Of a stretch of 64,000 bases of DNA, positions 1-12,310 are shown one piece after another. Numbering within the stretch: the first letter of the stretch is position 1; the number at the start of each line of letters is the position of its first letter. Both the position numbers and the translations under genes were made by a program. Where the stretch lies: positions 114,950,001-115,014,000 of the forward strand of contig NC_086097.1 in assembly GCF_963921235.1 (NCBI RefSeq), given 5' to 3'. The notes below the pieces were generated by a model. That model saw only the letters and a list, made by a program, of their open reading frames with translations, ran no database searches and had not been told where the DNA came from. The stretch comes from Mobula hypostoma. Taxonomy: Eukaryota.

Positions 1-81
1 GCATGCTTTTATGCATTGAGTTGCTGATATTTATCTGGCCCTGTAGCTCAGAAGGGTAGGGCAAGGAAGAGGAGGGCAGTT

Positions 82-582
82 GTGATAGGGGACTCGATAG
101 TAAGGGGGTCAGATAGGTGATTCTGTGGACACAGTCCAGAGACCCGGATGGTAGTTTGCCTCCCTGGTGCCAGGGTCCGGGATATTTCTGATCGTGTCCA
201 AGATATCCTGAAGTGGGAGGGTGAGGAGCCAGAGGTCGTGGTACATATAGGTACCAATGACATAGGTAGGAAAAGGGATGAGGTCCTGAAAGGAGAATAT
301 AGGGAGCTAGGAAGGGAGTTGAGAAAAAGGACCGCAAAGGTAGTAATCTCGGGATTACTGCCTGTGCCACGCGACAGTGAGAGTAGGAATGCGATGAGGT
401 GGAGGATAAATGCGTGGCTGAGGGATTGGAGCAGGGGGCAGGGACTCAAGTTTTTGGATCATTGGGACCTCTTTTGGCGCAGGCGTGACCTGTACAAAAA
501 GGACGGGTTACACTTGAATCCTAGGGGGACCAATATCCTGGCAGGGAGATTAGCGGGGGCTACTGAGGTGACTTTAAACTAG
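82..582 (+). pseudogene. CR1 ORF1 SGNH/GDSL esterase domain (N-terminus missing; in-frame TGA at 118-120)
   Basis: Motifs VIGDSIVR, VVHIGTNDIG and DGLHLN match the SGNH blocks typical of CR1 ORF1. Confidence 0.9.
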
Positions 583-683
583 AATGGTTGGGGGGTGGGA
601 ATCAAATTAAAGAGGCTAGGCGTGAGGAGGTTAGTTCATAACAGAGGGATGGGAACCAGTCCAGAGAGACAGAGGGGTGTAAA

Positions 684-3613
684 GTGAGGGTAGAAGCAAA
701 AAGTACAAAGGAGAAAAGTAAAAGTGGCAGGCCGACAAATCCAGGGCAAGCATTAAAAAGGGCCACTTTTCAACATAATTGTATAAGGGCAAAGAGAGTT
801 GTAAAAGAGCGCCTGAAGGCTTTATGTGTCAATGCAAGGAACATTCGTAATAAGGTGGATGAATTGAAAGTGCAGATTGTTATTAATGATTATGATCTAG
901 TTGGGATCACAGAGACATGGCTCCAGGGTGACCAGGGATGGGAGCTCAACGTTCAGGGATATTCAATATTCAGGAGGGATAGACATGAAGGAAGGGGAGG
1001 TGGGGTGGCATTGCTGGTTAAAGAAGAGATTAACGCAATAGAAAGGAAGGACATAAGCCGGGAAGATGTGGAATCGATATGGGTAGAGCTGCGTAACACC
1101 AAGGGGCAGAAGACGCTGGTGGGAGTTGTGTACAGGCCACCTAACAGCAGTAGTGAGGTCGGAGATGGTATTAAACAGGAAATTAGAAATGTGTGCAATA
1201 AAGGAACAGCAGTTATAATGGGTGGCTTCAATCTACATGTAGACTGGGTGAACCAAATTGGTAAAGGTGCTGAGGAAGAGGATTTCTTGGAATGTATGTG
1301 GGATGGTTTTTTGAACCAACATGTCGAGGAACCAACTAGAGAGCAGGCTATTCTGGACTGGGTTTTGAGCAATGAGGAAGGGTTAATTAGCGATCTTGTC
1401 GTGAGAGGCCCCTTGGGTAAGAGTGACCATAATATGGTGGAATTCTTCATTAAGATGGAGAGTGACATAGTTAATTCAGAAACAAAGGTTCTGAACTTAA
1501 AGATGGGTGACCTTGAAGGTATGAGACGTGAATTAGCTAAGATAGACTGGCACATGACACTTAAAGGATTGACGGTGGATATGCAATGGCAAGCATTTAA
1601 AGGTTACATGGATGAACTACAACAATTGTTCATCCCAGTTTGGTAAAAGAATAAATCAAGGAAGGTAGTGCACCCGTGGCTGACAAGAGAAATTAGGGAT
1701 AGTATCAATTCCAAAGAAGAAGCATACAAATTAGCCAGAGAAAGTGGCTCACCTGAGGACTGGGAGAAATTCAGAGTTCAGCAGAGGAGGACAAAGGGCT
1801 TAATTAGGAAGGGAAAAAAAGATTATGACAGAAAACTGGCAGGGAACATAAAAACTGACTGTAAAAGCTTTTATAGATATGTAAAAAGGAAAAGACTGGT
1901 AAAGACAAATGTAGGTCCCCTGCAGACAGAAACAGGTGAATTGATTATGGGGAGCAAGGACATGGCAGACCAATTGAATAATTACTTTGGTTCTGTCTTC
2001 ACTAAGGAGGACATAAATAATCTTCCAGAAAGAGTAAGGGACAGAGGGTCCAGTGAGATGGAGGAACTGAGCGAAATACATGTTAGTAGGGAAGTGGTGT
2101 TAGGTAAATTGAAGGGATTGAAGGCAGATAAATCCCCAGGGCCAGATGGTCTGCATCCTAGAGTGCTTAAAGAAGTAGCCCAAGAAATAGTGGATGCATT
2201 AGTGATAAAATTTCAAAACGCGTTAGATTCTGGACTAGTTCCTGAGGATTGGAGGGTGGCTAATGTAACCCCACTTTTTAAAAAAGGAGGGGGAGAGAAA
2301 CCGGGGAATTATAGACCGGTTAGCCTAACGTCGGTGGTGGGGAAACTACTGGAGTCAGTTATCAAGGATGTGATAACAGCACATTTGGAAAGCGGTGAAA
2401 TGATCGGACAAAGTCAGCATGGATTTGTGAAAGGAAAATCATGTCTGACGAATCTCATAGAATTTTTTGAGGATGTAACTAGTAGAGTGGATAGGGGAGA
2501 ACCAGTGGATGTGGTATATTTGGATTTTCAAAGGGCTTTTGACAAGGTCCCACACAGGAGGTTAGTGTGCAAACTTAAAGCACACGGTATTGGGGGTAAG
2601 GTATTAGTGTGGGTGGAGAATTGGTTAGCAGACAGGAAGCAAAGAGTGGGAATAAACGGGACCTTATCAGAATGGTAGGCAGTGACTAGTGGGGTACCGC
2701 AAGGCTCAGTGCTGGGACCCCAGTTGTTTACAATATATATTAATGACTTGGATGAGGGAATTAAATGCAGCATCTCCAAGTTTGCGGATGACATGAAGCT
2801 GGGTGGCAGTGTTAGCAGTGAGGAGGATGCTGAGAGGATGCAGGGTGACTTGGATAGGTTGGGTGAGTGGGCAAATTCATGGCAGATGCAATTTAATGTG
2901 GATAAATGTGAAGTTATCCACTTTGGTGGCAAAAATAGGAAAACAGATTATTATCTGAATGGTGGACGATTAGGAAAAGGGGAGGTGCAACGAGACCTGG
3001 GTGTCATTATACACCAGTCATTGAAAGTGGGCATGCAGGTACAGCAGGCGGTGAAAAAGGCGAATGGTATGCTGGCATTTATAGCGAGAGGATTCGAGTA
3101 CAGGAGCAGGGAGGTACTACTGCAGTTGTACAAGGCCTTGGTGAGACCACACCTGGTGTATTGTGTGCAGTTTTGGTCCCCGAATCTGAGGAAAGACATC
3201 TTTGCCATAGAGGGAGTACAAAGAAGGTTCACCAGATTGATTCCTGGGATGGCAGGACTTTCATATGAAGAAAGACTGGATGAATTGGGCTTGTACTCGT
3301 TGGAATTTAGAAGATTGAGGGGGGATCTGATTGAAACGTATAAGATCCTAAAGGGATTGGACAGGCTAGATGCAGGAAGATTGTTCCCGATGTTGGGGAA
3401 GTCCAGAACGAGGGGTCACAGATAGAGGGGAAGCCTTTTAAGACCGAGATTAGGAAAAACTTCTTCACACAGAGAGTGGTGAATCTGTGGAATTCTCTGC
3501 CACAGAAAACTGTTGAGGCCAGTTCATTGGCTATATTTAAGAGGGAGTTAGATATGGCCCTTGTGGCTACGGGGGTCAGGGGGTATGGAGGGAAGGCTGG
3601 GGCGGGGTTCTGA
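684..3613 (+). pseudogene. CR1 ORF2 (AP endonuclease + reverse transcriptase)
   Basis: ORFs 684-1646, 1668-2678 and 2682-3425 share one frame, broken by TAA (1644-1646) and TAG (2676-2678); motifs GITETW, YRPP, SDH, KSPGPDG, NYRPVSL, GVPQGSVLGP, FADD; 7-nt deletion near 3421 relative to the copy at 47076-47897. Confidence 0.95.
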
Positions 3614-3711
3614 GTTGGATGATCAGCCATGATCATAATAAATGGCGGTGCAGGCTCGAAGGGCTGAATGGCCTACTCCTGCACCTATTTTCTATGTTTC
3701 TATGTTTCTAT

Positions 3712-3785
3712 TTGATTGGCTGATTAGATATTTGCATTAATGAGCAGGTGCACAGGTGTACCTAATAAAGTGGCCACTGAGTGTA
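3712..3785. mobile_element. Terminus of a Tc1/mariner-like element; continues at 1-27, split by the CR1
   Basis: Ends ...CCTAATAAAGTGGCCACTGAGTG followed by TA, a Tc1-type terminus with TA target; 1-26 reads as the adjacent part of the same element (recognised from memory of the family). Confidence 0.75.
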
Positions 3786-3999
3786 TTTTCAAATCCTTTC
3801 AAATTGTTAATTGAACAATGATAAACTAAAGTTGAGGTATGTTTAGAAATGCTATGTATAAATAATGCAACAATGAACATTGTTCCTGTTGTTGGAGGTG
3901 ATTAAATCAAATTAATCAGATTTAGCAAAACAAAATTCAGTTTGTGTATTCTCCATACTTCTACTTTAAATATAGTAGGTAACATAAAGGGAAGAAAAA

Positions 4000-4975
4000 G
4001 AGGCAGAAGGCAAAGGTGGGAATAAAGGGGGCTATTTCCGGTTGACTGCTGGTAACTACAGATGTTCCACCGGGCTCGGTGTTGGGTCTACTACATTTTG
4101 TGTCATATATTAATAATCTGAATTACAGAATTGATGGCTTTGCAATGATACAAAGACAGGTGGGACAGGCAATGTCTAAGAAGTAAGTAGTCTGTAGAAG
4201 GACATGGACAGATACGGAGAATGTGCAAAGAAGCTGGCAAATAGAATAGTGTAGAAGGAATAAAGGTATAGACTATTTTCTAAGCAGGTGCAAAGGGACT
4301 TGGGAGACTTTGTGCAGGATTTCCTAAAGATTAGCTTGCAGACTGAGTAATTGGTAGGGAAGGCAAATGCAATGTTAGCATTCATTTTGAGAGGACTAGA
4401 ATATAGAAGCAAGGATGTAATGCTAAGGCTTTTAAGACATTGGTCGGACCACGTTTGGAGTACCGTGAGCAGTTTTGGGCTCCTTATTTAAGGATGGATG
4501 GGTCAGCAATGGAGAGGGTCCAGAGGAGGGTCACGAGAATGATCTTGGGAACGAAAGGGTTAATGAATGAGAAACGCTTGATGGCTCTGGGCCTGAATTC
4601 TCTGTGGTTTAGAATGAAGAGGATCTCATTAAAATCTAATAAATATTGAAAGCCTTAGAGATAAATGGATGTGAAGAGGATATTTCCAATTTGGGATAGA
4701 CGAAGACCAAAAGGCACAGACTGAGAAGGACATCCCTTTAGAACAAAGATGATAAGGAATTTCTTTGGCCAGAGGTTGATGTATCCATGAAACTCCTTGC
4801 CACTGATGGCTGTAGAGACCAAGTCATTGGGTATATTTTAAAGTGGATATTGATATCTCCTTGACTAATAGGAGAATGAGGTTGAAAGAGAAAATAAATC
4901 AGCCATGATGTAATAGCAGAGCAGACTCGATGTGCTGAATGGCCCAATTCTGCTCCTATGTCTTATGGTCTTATT
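4000..4975 (+). mobile_element. Old, degraded CR1 3' fragment
   Basis: Remnant VGPRLEYREQFWAP...ERVQRR; tail TCTTATGGTCTTAT. Confidence 0.88.
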
Positions 4976-5484
4976 GTCAAAACAGTGCTCACAGTTCAAT
5001 TTTAGCTGAGGCACAAATGTATGAGGCTCAGATTCCCCAGTGGTGTCATTCAGAAAGAACCAATTAAGAACATTAGAACAACATTGATTGGAGTTAGCTC
5101 TCAGTTCCTGTGGCTAATTGTGCATTATGGTGGTGATCACAATATGGAATTGGCCTCTGAAATTTGGCTTTATTTACTTGAAAATTAATTTCTGAAGCAG
5201 AATGCAACATGTTGTTTAGTGAAGAGACAAAGATAAAGCTTTGTTTTATTTGTCACATGTACATCAAGATATTGAAATACGGTGCATTCCGGTTAATTGG
5301 GTCATATCGAAACCAATATATTTTGGTCCAATTAAGTTGCTGCCCCAATTAGCCACAGTTTCATGGAAATTGTAATAAAAGATATAAAATAGACAAACTA
5401 CCATTTAACTGAGTAACAAATTATGTATTTTAATGAAATACTGAACAAATTAGAACATTATCATTATCAATTAGAACATTATCA

Positions 5485-5806
5485 CCAGATGGGGGAGTCT
5501 TGTACAAGAGGGCATGACTTAAGGATTGAAGGGCACCCATTCAGAACAGAAATGTGAAGAAATTTTTTCAGCCAGAGGGTGGTGAATCTATGGAATTTGT
5601 TGCCATGGGCGGCAGTGGAGGCCAAGTCATTGGGTGTATTTAAGGCAGAGATTGATAGGTATCTGAGTAGCCAGGGCATCAAAGGTTATGGCGAGAAGGC
5701 GGGGGAGTGGGACTAAATGGGAGAATGGATCAGCTCATGATAAAATGGCGGAGCAGACTCGAGGGGCTGAATGGCTGACTTCTGCTCCTTTGTCTTATGG
5801 TCTTAT
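5485..5806 (+). mobile_element. CR1 3' fragment inside the Tigger element
   Basis: NFFSQRVVNLWNLLP-type end, tail TCTTATGGTCTTAT; same subfamily as 62980-63459. Confidence 0.9.
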
Positions 5807-6395
5807 TATCAATACTACTACAGTACTACGAAATGGCATATTAGTTCCTAATAGTTATCGAAGAAGGAATTCATCCAGTATCGGCTTGTCTTCTTTTGAT
5901 TGACTGTAAATGAACAACATTACTGAGTGCAGATAATGGACTAACTTCATACAATGTTCTTAATGATCGCATCCTCCAAATCTTCATTTCCATTGTAAAT
6001 GCAAGATTATTGTTGATACCTTAAAATTCTTCATAATTCCTAACCGGCGGTTGAAGTAGTGAAATTTCATTTTTCATTCCTGCCATTTCTGGCATCTCCA
6101 AGTCTGAATGCTTGAAACTGCAGTAAGAAAAACAGTTCTGAATTGTCTTACTGCTAATTTCTTGCCAACTATTAATGACAAAATTACTGGGTTTTGAACA
6201 CAAGCAACTAACGCTATTTCAAAAATGTTCGCTCTAAGCAAGATGTAGTGACTAACAGCCCCACAAGTGCACATGACTGACAATAGTTAGAACCACAAAC
6301 ATGAGAAAATCTGCAGATGCTGGAAAACCAAAGTAACACACACAAAATGCTGGAGGAACTCAGCAGGCCAGGCTGGATTTAAGGAAAAGAGTAAA

Positions 6396-6433
6396 CAGTC
6401 GACGTTTCGGGCTGAGACCCTTCTTCAGGACTG
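6396..6433 (-). ncRNA. Minimal type I hammerhead ribozyme motif in pLTR
   Basis: CAGTC-CTGAAGA-AGGGTCTCAGCCC-GAAAC-GTC-GACTG: helix I CAGTC/GACTG, CUGANGA and GAAA core boxes, helix II hairpin, GUC cleavage triplet. Confidence 0.85.
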
Positions 6434-7451
6434 GAAAGGAAAGGCAGAAGTCAGAGTCAGAAAGTAGAGCAGGGGAAAGACAAGTTCAAGGTGACAGGTG
6501 ATAGGTGAAACCAGGCGAGGGGGAGGGGCTGAGGTAAAGAGCTGGGAAGTTGATCGGTGAACAAGATAAAGGGCTGGAGGAGGGGGAGTCTGATAGGAGA
6601 GGATAGAAGCCCATGGAAGACAGGGAAGGTCAAGGAGCACCAGAGGGAGGTGATGGGCAGGTAAGGAGATAAGGTGAGAAAGCGAAACAGGAACAGGGAA
6701 TGACGAAGGAGAGGAGGGTGGGGGCAATTATTGGAAGTTTGAGAAATCAACGTTCATGCCATCAGGTTGGAGATTACCCAGATGGACTATAAGCTGTTGC
6801 TCCTCCAACCTGACTATGGACTCATCACAGCAGTAGAAGAGGCTATGGACATACATGTTGTGATGGGAAAGGAAAGTAGAATTGAAAAGGGTGGTTACCA
6901 GGAGATTTCACTGTTTTCTGGTGGATAGAGCATAGATGCTTGGTGAAGGGGTCTCCCAATCTTCATTGGGTCTCACTTACATACAGGCGACCACACCGGG
7001 AGCACTGGACACAGTATATGACGCCAACAGACTCACAGCTGAAGTGTCACCTCACCTGGAAAGATTGTTTGGGGCCCTGAATGGTAGTAAGGGAGGAGGT
7101 GCAGGGGCAGATGTGGCACTTGTTCCACTTGTAAAGGTAAGTACCAAGAGGGGGATCAGTGGGACGGGATGCGTGGACAAGGGAGTCGCAAAGGGAGTGA
7201 TCTCTGTGGAAAGCAGAAAGTGTGGGGAGGGCAAGAAGTGCTTGGTTGTGAGATTCTGTTGGAGATAGTGGAAGTTATGAGGAATTAGTGCGCTGGACCT
7301 GGAGGCTGCTGTGGTAGTAGGTGAGGAGAAGAGGAACCCTGTCCTTGGTGGGGTAGCAGGAGGATGGGCTGAGGGCAGACGTGCGTGAAATAGAAGAAAT
7401 ATGGGTGAGAGCAGTGTTGATGGTGGAGGAAGGGAAGATCCTTTCCTTGAA

Positions 7452-7576
7452 TGATGATGGTGATGATGACGTCGACTCGGATGGACAGCGTGCACGGGAG
7501 TTGTCTGTCACTGGATCGAACTCGGGAACCTCCATTCCCGAGCCCAGCGCTGATCTCACTGCACCACCAGCCGACC
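7452..7576 (-). mobile_element. Short tRNA-derived SINE with (CAT)n tail, inserted in the Penelope
   Basis: Box A-like TGGTGCAGTGAG, box B GAGTTCGATCC; approximate TSD CTTTCCTTGAA / CTTCTTTGAA; homologous to 23401-23552. Confidence 0.8.
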
Positions 7577-9038
7577 TTCTTCTTTGAAGAGGAGGAAATC
7601 TCCTTCATTCTGGAATGAAAAGCATCATCCAGAGAGCAGATTCAGAGGAAATGGACGAAGTGAGAGTAGGGGATGGCATTTTTACAAGTGAAAGGGTGGG
7701 AAGAGGTGTAGTCCAGGTAGTTGCGAGAATCAGATGGTTTATAAAAGATATCTGTAGATTGACCATCTCCAAAGATGAAGACAGAGATCGAGTAAGGGGA
7801 GGAAAGTGTCAGAAATAATGAAGTCGATGAGCTCAGCGTGGGTGCAGGAAGTAGCACCAATGCAGTCGTCAATGTAGCATAGGAAGAGTTGGGAGTGATA
7901 TCGGTGTAGGCTTAGAACATGGACTGTTCCACATAGCTGACAAAAGGGCAGGCATAGCTGGGACCCATGCGAGTGCCCATGGGTCCCAGCTATGCCTGGG
8001 GTTATTGAGAGTGAGGACCCAGTTCTGCCAGATGGAGGAAAGCGATGGTGGAAGGGAACTGGTTGGGTGTTTTGTCCAGAAAGAAGCAGAGAGCTTTAAG
8101 GCCCTCTTGATAGGGAATGGTGGTGTATAGGGACTGGTCATCCATAGTGAAAATGAGACAATCGGGGCCAGGAAACTTGAAGTCATTGAAAAGATCAAGA
8201 GCATGTGAGTGTCACAGACGCTAGTGAGAAACTGTTTGACAACAGACTTCTATCCCAATTAAATGGCACAGCATCCCAAATAATTGAAGGGAATTCTGGC
8301 TATTTTCTTGATTAGCTTTTGTTCTTTAAGAGTTATCCCAAATAAATGGCTGCCCTGATTAACCAATAGCCCAATTAACTAGGATGCACTGTATAGTGAA
8401 ATGCATCACTTGCATTAGGGATGTGCTGGGTTGCCCAGAAACATTGCCATGCTTCTGTCGCCAACATAGTGTGCCCGCAAATTATGGAACTTGTAGTACA
8501 ATCTTGTCAGTTCTACAGCCACCTGACTACTTTGTGGAGATTACCAGAATAGAAAACCAGGTTATGTTATATTAGTGGGGACTGATCCTTCTTGCATGTT
8601 TTGGGTCCAGCTGTGCTGAACATATTCCTCACAATATTTAAATGTATTCAACAATGATTGAATTGAATTCCAGAAGAATAGAAATATAGAAAAATAAGAT
8701 GAGGATACAGTCTAGTGAAACTTCACTACATTCTCTCTAAATCTTTTATTGAGTTAGGAGATCAAATCCACACACAATACTTGAGCTTGCTTTCACTAAT
8801 GCTCTGTATAGTTTTAGGAATGGATCCCTTGCTGCTCTGGACAGAACACCTTGAAATTAATTTGAAAAAAGTATTTTTCTCGTTAACTGCTTGCTTCACC
8901 GACGTGTTTGTTTTCAGTCTTTGGAATCCAAGCACACTGATCTCCTTTTGCATATCGGTATGTCCTCATCGCTCATGCTCTGCCTTTTTCACTTTGACTA
9001 CAAGAGGGAATGAATTCAGTATGCCCATGCCATATTGT

Positions 9039-9360
9039 GCAGCAAGGTAACATAGTAGTTAGTGCATCACTTTGCAATACCAGTGATCACCAGTCAGCGT
9101 TCAATTCCCACCATTGCCTGTAAAGAGTTTGTAGGTTCTCCCCATGACTGTGTGGGTTTCCACCAGGTGTTCCCATTTCCTCTCACATTCCAGAGACATA
9201 TGGTTAGAGTTAGTGATTTATGGGCATGCTATGTTTGTGCCGGAGGTGTGGTGACACTTGCGAGCTGCCCAACAGAATCTTCGGTGATCAGATTTGATGT
9301 AAAAAACGATGCATTTCACTGTATATTTTGATGTAGATGTGCTAAATAAATGTAATCTTT
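9039..9360 (+). mobile_element. V-SINE / HE1-like SINE
   Basis: tRNA-like head (GTTCAATTCC) plus V-domain-like GTTCTCCCCATGACTGTGTGGGTTTCC...TTTCCTCTCACATTCC; related pieces at about 5230-5277 plus 8394-8480, 15200-15400, 16880-17045, 47050-48085 and 63550-63830. Confidence 0.8.
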
Positions 9361-10189
9361 AAAAAGATCTCATTAATCTTTACTGCACTTATCATGTATT
9401 TTTCCACTCACTCCTCACTCAACTTATCTAAGTCACCCTGAAGAGTCTTTGCAACCTCAATTCTCTACAATTTTGTTTGTTTTGTATTAATTTACATATT
9501 GTATAATAGCTGTGTATCATCACATCATCATATCAAACAAGGCCGAACTGAATGATGAACCAAAAATTGTGCGTTTTGATTTTTACTGCATGTCTGTATT
9601 TTATGTTGACTATATATAATGCCTTCATCAAGTCAAAGTACACTCTGAAAATTTCAGAAGCATTCTGAGGTTGTTAAATGCTCAATGTAATCATAATCTG
9701 TCTCTGGATATCTCATTAATCTGATGCTTTCCTTCTTTAATTGCTTCATTGATGAATCCTGTTCAATGAAGTGAAACTGGAGACTTTCCAAGTCATTGAA
9801 TGATTAAATATTTCTTCTGTAAAATTTTAATACTGCCTCTTCACTCCATATCCAGAAATGGCTGTTGTAAAATTCATTTCCCAAATTCTCATTAGATCTT
9901 TTCTTTTTTCTATTTTATTTGAACCTTTGTGCTATTTAAAATTCATTCTGACAGAGGGATGTTATCTGAATGTATTAAATCTTAGGCTAGTGTTGCTTTT
10001 GGTAATTTTTGGACTACTTAACCAAATTGTTCCTGCTCTTCTTGGACTGCTACTGCAGGCTCCCCCCAGTCTCCATCCAACTAATGGGTCATCTGCCACT
10101 TGTTTCCAACTCATCACCTGCAGCCAATTTAACCCTAGCTTTCATCCACAATTCTTGTTCACTCATATGAACCAGCCTGTCTATTCAAT

Positions 10190-12310
10190 ACAAGGTACAT
10201 CCTCAGATGTTAAACTCCCAATTATGATCTTCTGTTAGCTATAACTCAGTGATGCCACAACGTCGAACCTGACAATCTCTAACTGTGCTACAAGATCATC
10301 TACCGTACTCCATATAGAGTATGCAATCAAATATAAAACCTTCAGTCCTGTATTCATCACACTTTTCGATTTTGCTCTCATGTTACACTTCAACTCATCC
10401 CACTGACTGCAACTTTGCCCTATCATCTGCCTTCCCTTTCTCACAGTTTCTCACTATGCAAGGCACCGGCTTGTATACCATTGCCCCATCTTCGTCCTAT
10501 CACTCCAGTTCCCATTCCTCCTGCCAATTTAGTTTAAGCCCTCCCCAATAGCTCAATCAAACCTGCCCACGAGGATATTGCTCCCCCTCAGTAACAGGTG
10601 TCATATTTTTCCAGAAAGATCCCAATAATCCAGAAATCTGAAATCCTGCCAGATAAAGAGGGGCAGAGTTTCAGATTTAAATGAACCTAAAATTGAAATT
10701 AATTGTTACAGTGAACCTCTGAATCTTTTAATACTGCATTTGAAGAAATAGAATGGTATTATCTTTATTTTCTGATTGTGTATAATTGACTCATTAACCA
10801 TCAACTAATTGACCTTCTAAAGCATTAATTTTATTGAGTAAACAAAGTACTGTGATAAGTGATGATAGTGTAAACCCAGAGATTATTTCTAAGTCACTGC
10901 TCCAAACTTTAATGATCATATGGAGCAAGCTGAGATGAATTGCAATTTCTACTAAGAGCTATGGACCAGCTATAATAATTCTGACATTGTTTATTTGTTG
11001 AACTGCCTGTTAATCTTTTTACCCAGTCCTTCTTGGTCAACCCCACCTTCACACTATTATAATTTCCTCTGTGAAGTTGAAGATTGGTTTCATCCTGTGG
11101 TGTTCACCCTCTAAGTACATCTGAAGTTCTATCATATTGAGGACACAAGATACAGATGCATTATTAGGTCATTTGACCCATTAAGCCTTCCCCACCAATC
11201 AATTTTTTTTCAGTGCCATTCTCCTGTCTTCTCACTGTAACCCTTAGCCCCTTTACCAAACAAGTACCTAATCTTCTCTGCCTTAACTATATGCAGTTAC
11301 TTCGCCACCACAGTTCGATGTGACAACAAATTCCACTGATCCACTGTCCTTTGATTGAAGGATTCCTCTTCAACTTAGTTTTAAAGGATATTACCTCTAA
11401 AGGGAACTTTAGCCACAAAGTTACTTATTAATCATATTAAGCAGAAACTTTCTGGTCTTTATTCATTACAAGATCTAAAAATAGCCTATTCCCAGCTATA
11501 TTTCATAATCTACTGTTGAAGAAAACCTTCCTTGGCACACATAAAACTTTCTTCTTTTATCATATCCATGACAATCTGATTCAACCAATCAATAGGCGGA
11601 TTAAAATTAAGGAAAATTGCAGTTCCCTTCAACATGCCCCAGATATTTCCCCACTTATATTCTACACCACTGAGAGGTCAGGGCTTTGGGACCTATAGAC
11701 TATTCTCACCCATGGCTTCTTTTCTCTGCTATTCATGATTTTAACCCAAATCAATTCCAATTATTATCCATTGTCATTTTATCATTACTCAACATGACTT
11801 TTCTTGTTTCATAATGATACCCCATCTCCTTTCCTTTCTGGAAGGTTCTTTAGGGACATTGTATAACCTGGAATATTGAACATCCATTCCCGGCAACATT
11901 GCAACATATCTCCATAATATCACTCATACTTTGCTATTGAAGCTGTCAACTTATCTCCTTGTTGTAAATGCTGTGTGCTTTCAAATATAGACCTCTAAAC
12001 TTTGATGTTTTTTTCTGTATTTGCTCTGTGCTGCATACATTACATTTTTTGCCCTAGTGGTTCACATTTTGCTTGTCAATTATCTCCTTACTATCTTGTG
12101 ACTGTACTCTCTTGTGGGAGCTCTCTCCCCTCCTATTTAGTTTAAAACCTCACCTACAACCATATGTATGCCATTTATCAGGACACTGGTGCCAGCTTAA
12201 GTCAGGGAAGGCCCATCTCAATGAAACAGTTCTCTCTGCCCCCTGTATTGGTGTCTGAGTCCATAATTCAGAGTCAACTTCTACCACACCACACTCTGAA
12301 CCATACATCT
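10190..12310 (-). mobile_element. Patchwork of old CR1 fragments (ORF2 start, 3' end, APE region)
   Basis: NTGLKVLYLIAYSIWSTVDDLVAQLEIVRFDVVA resembles the ORF2 N-terminus; reverse 3' end at about 11140-11400. Confidence 0.65.

Larger units (their letters stand above)
33..3711 (+). mobile_element. CR1 LINE, 5'-truncated within ORF1, young but disabled
   Basis: ORF1 esterase half, then APE-RT ORF2 and an octamer tail (TTTCTATG)n at about 3688-3711; candidate TSD TATTT at 28-32 and 3709-3713. Confidence 0.97.
6293..8210 (-). mobile_element. Penelope-like retroelement (RT + GIY-YIG + pLTR), degraded
   Basis: Minus-strand FPGPDCLIFTMDDQSLYTTIP, MGPSYAC and YIDD (about 7868-7879); pLTR at about 6293-6760 with a hammerhead motif. 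Confidence 0.9.
5280..8391 (-). mobile_element. Tigger/pogo-type DNA transposon derivative with nested insertions
   Basis: TIRs TA|CGGTGCATTCCGGTTAATTGGG and CCCAATTAACTAGGATGCACTG|TA; minus-strand remnant FVINSWQEISSKTIQNCF (6021-6203) resembles the pogo transposase C-terminus. Confidence 0.85.

Noticed and set aside
48..3636. Long minus-strand ORFs over CR1 (e.g. 953-1555, 2528-2932; also 19921-20313)
   Set aside because: Antisense shadows of CR1 ORFs with no independent motifs.
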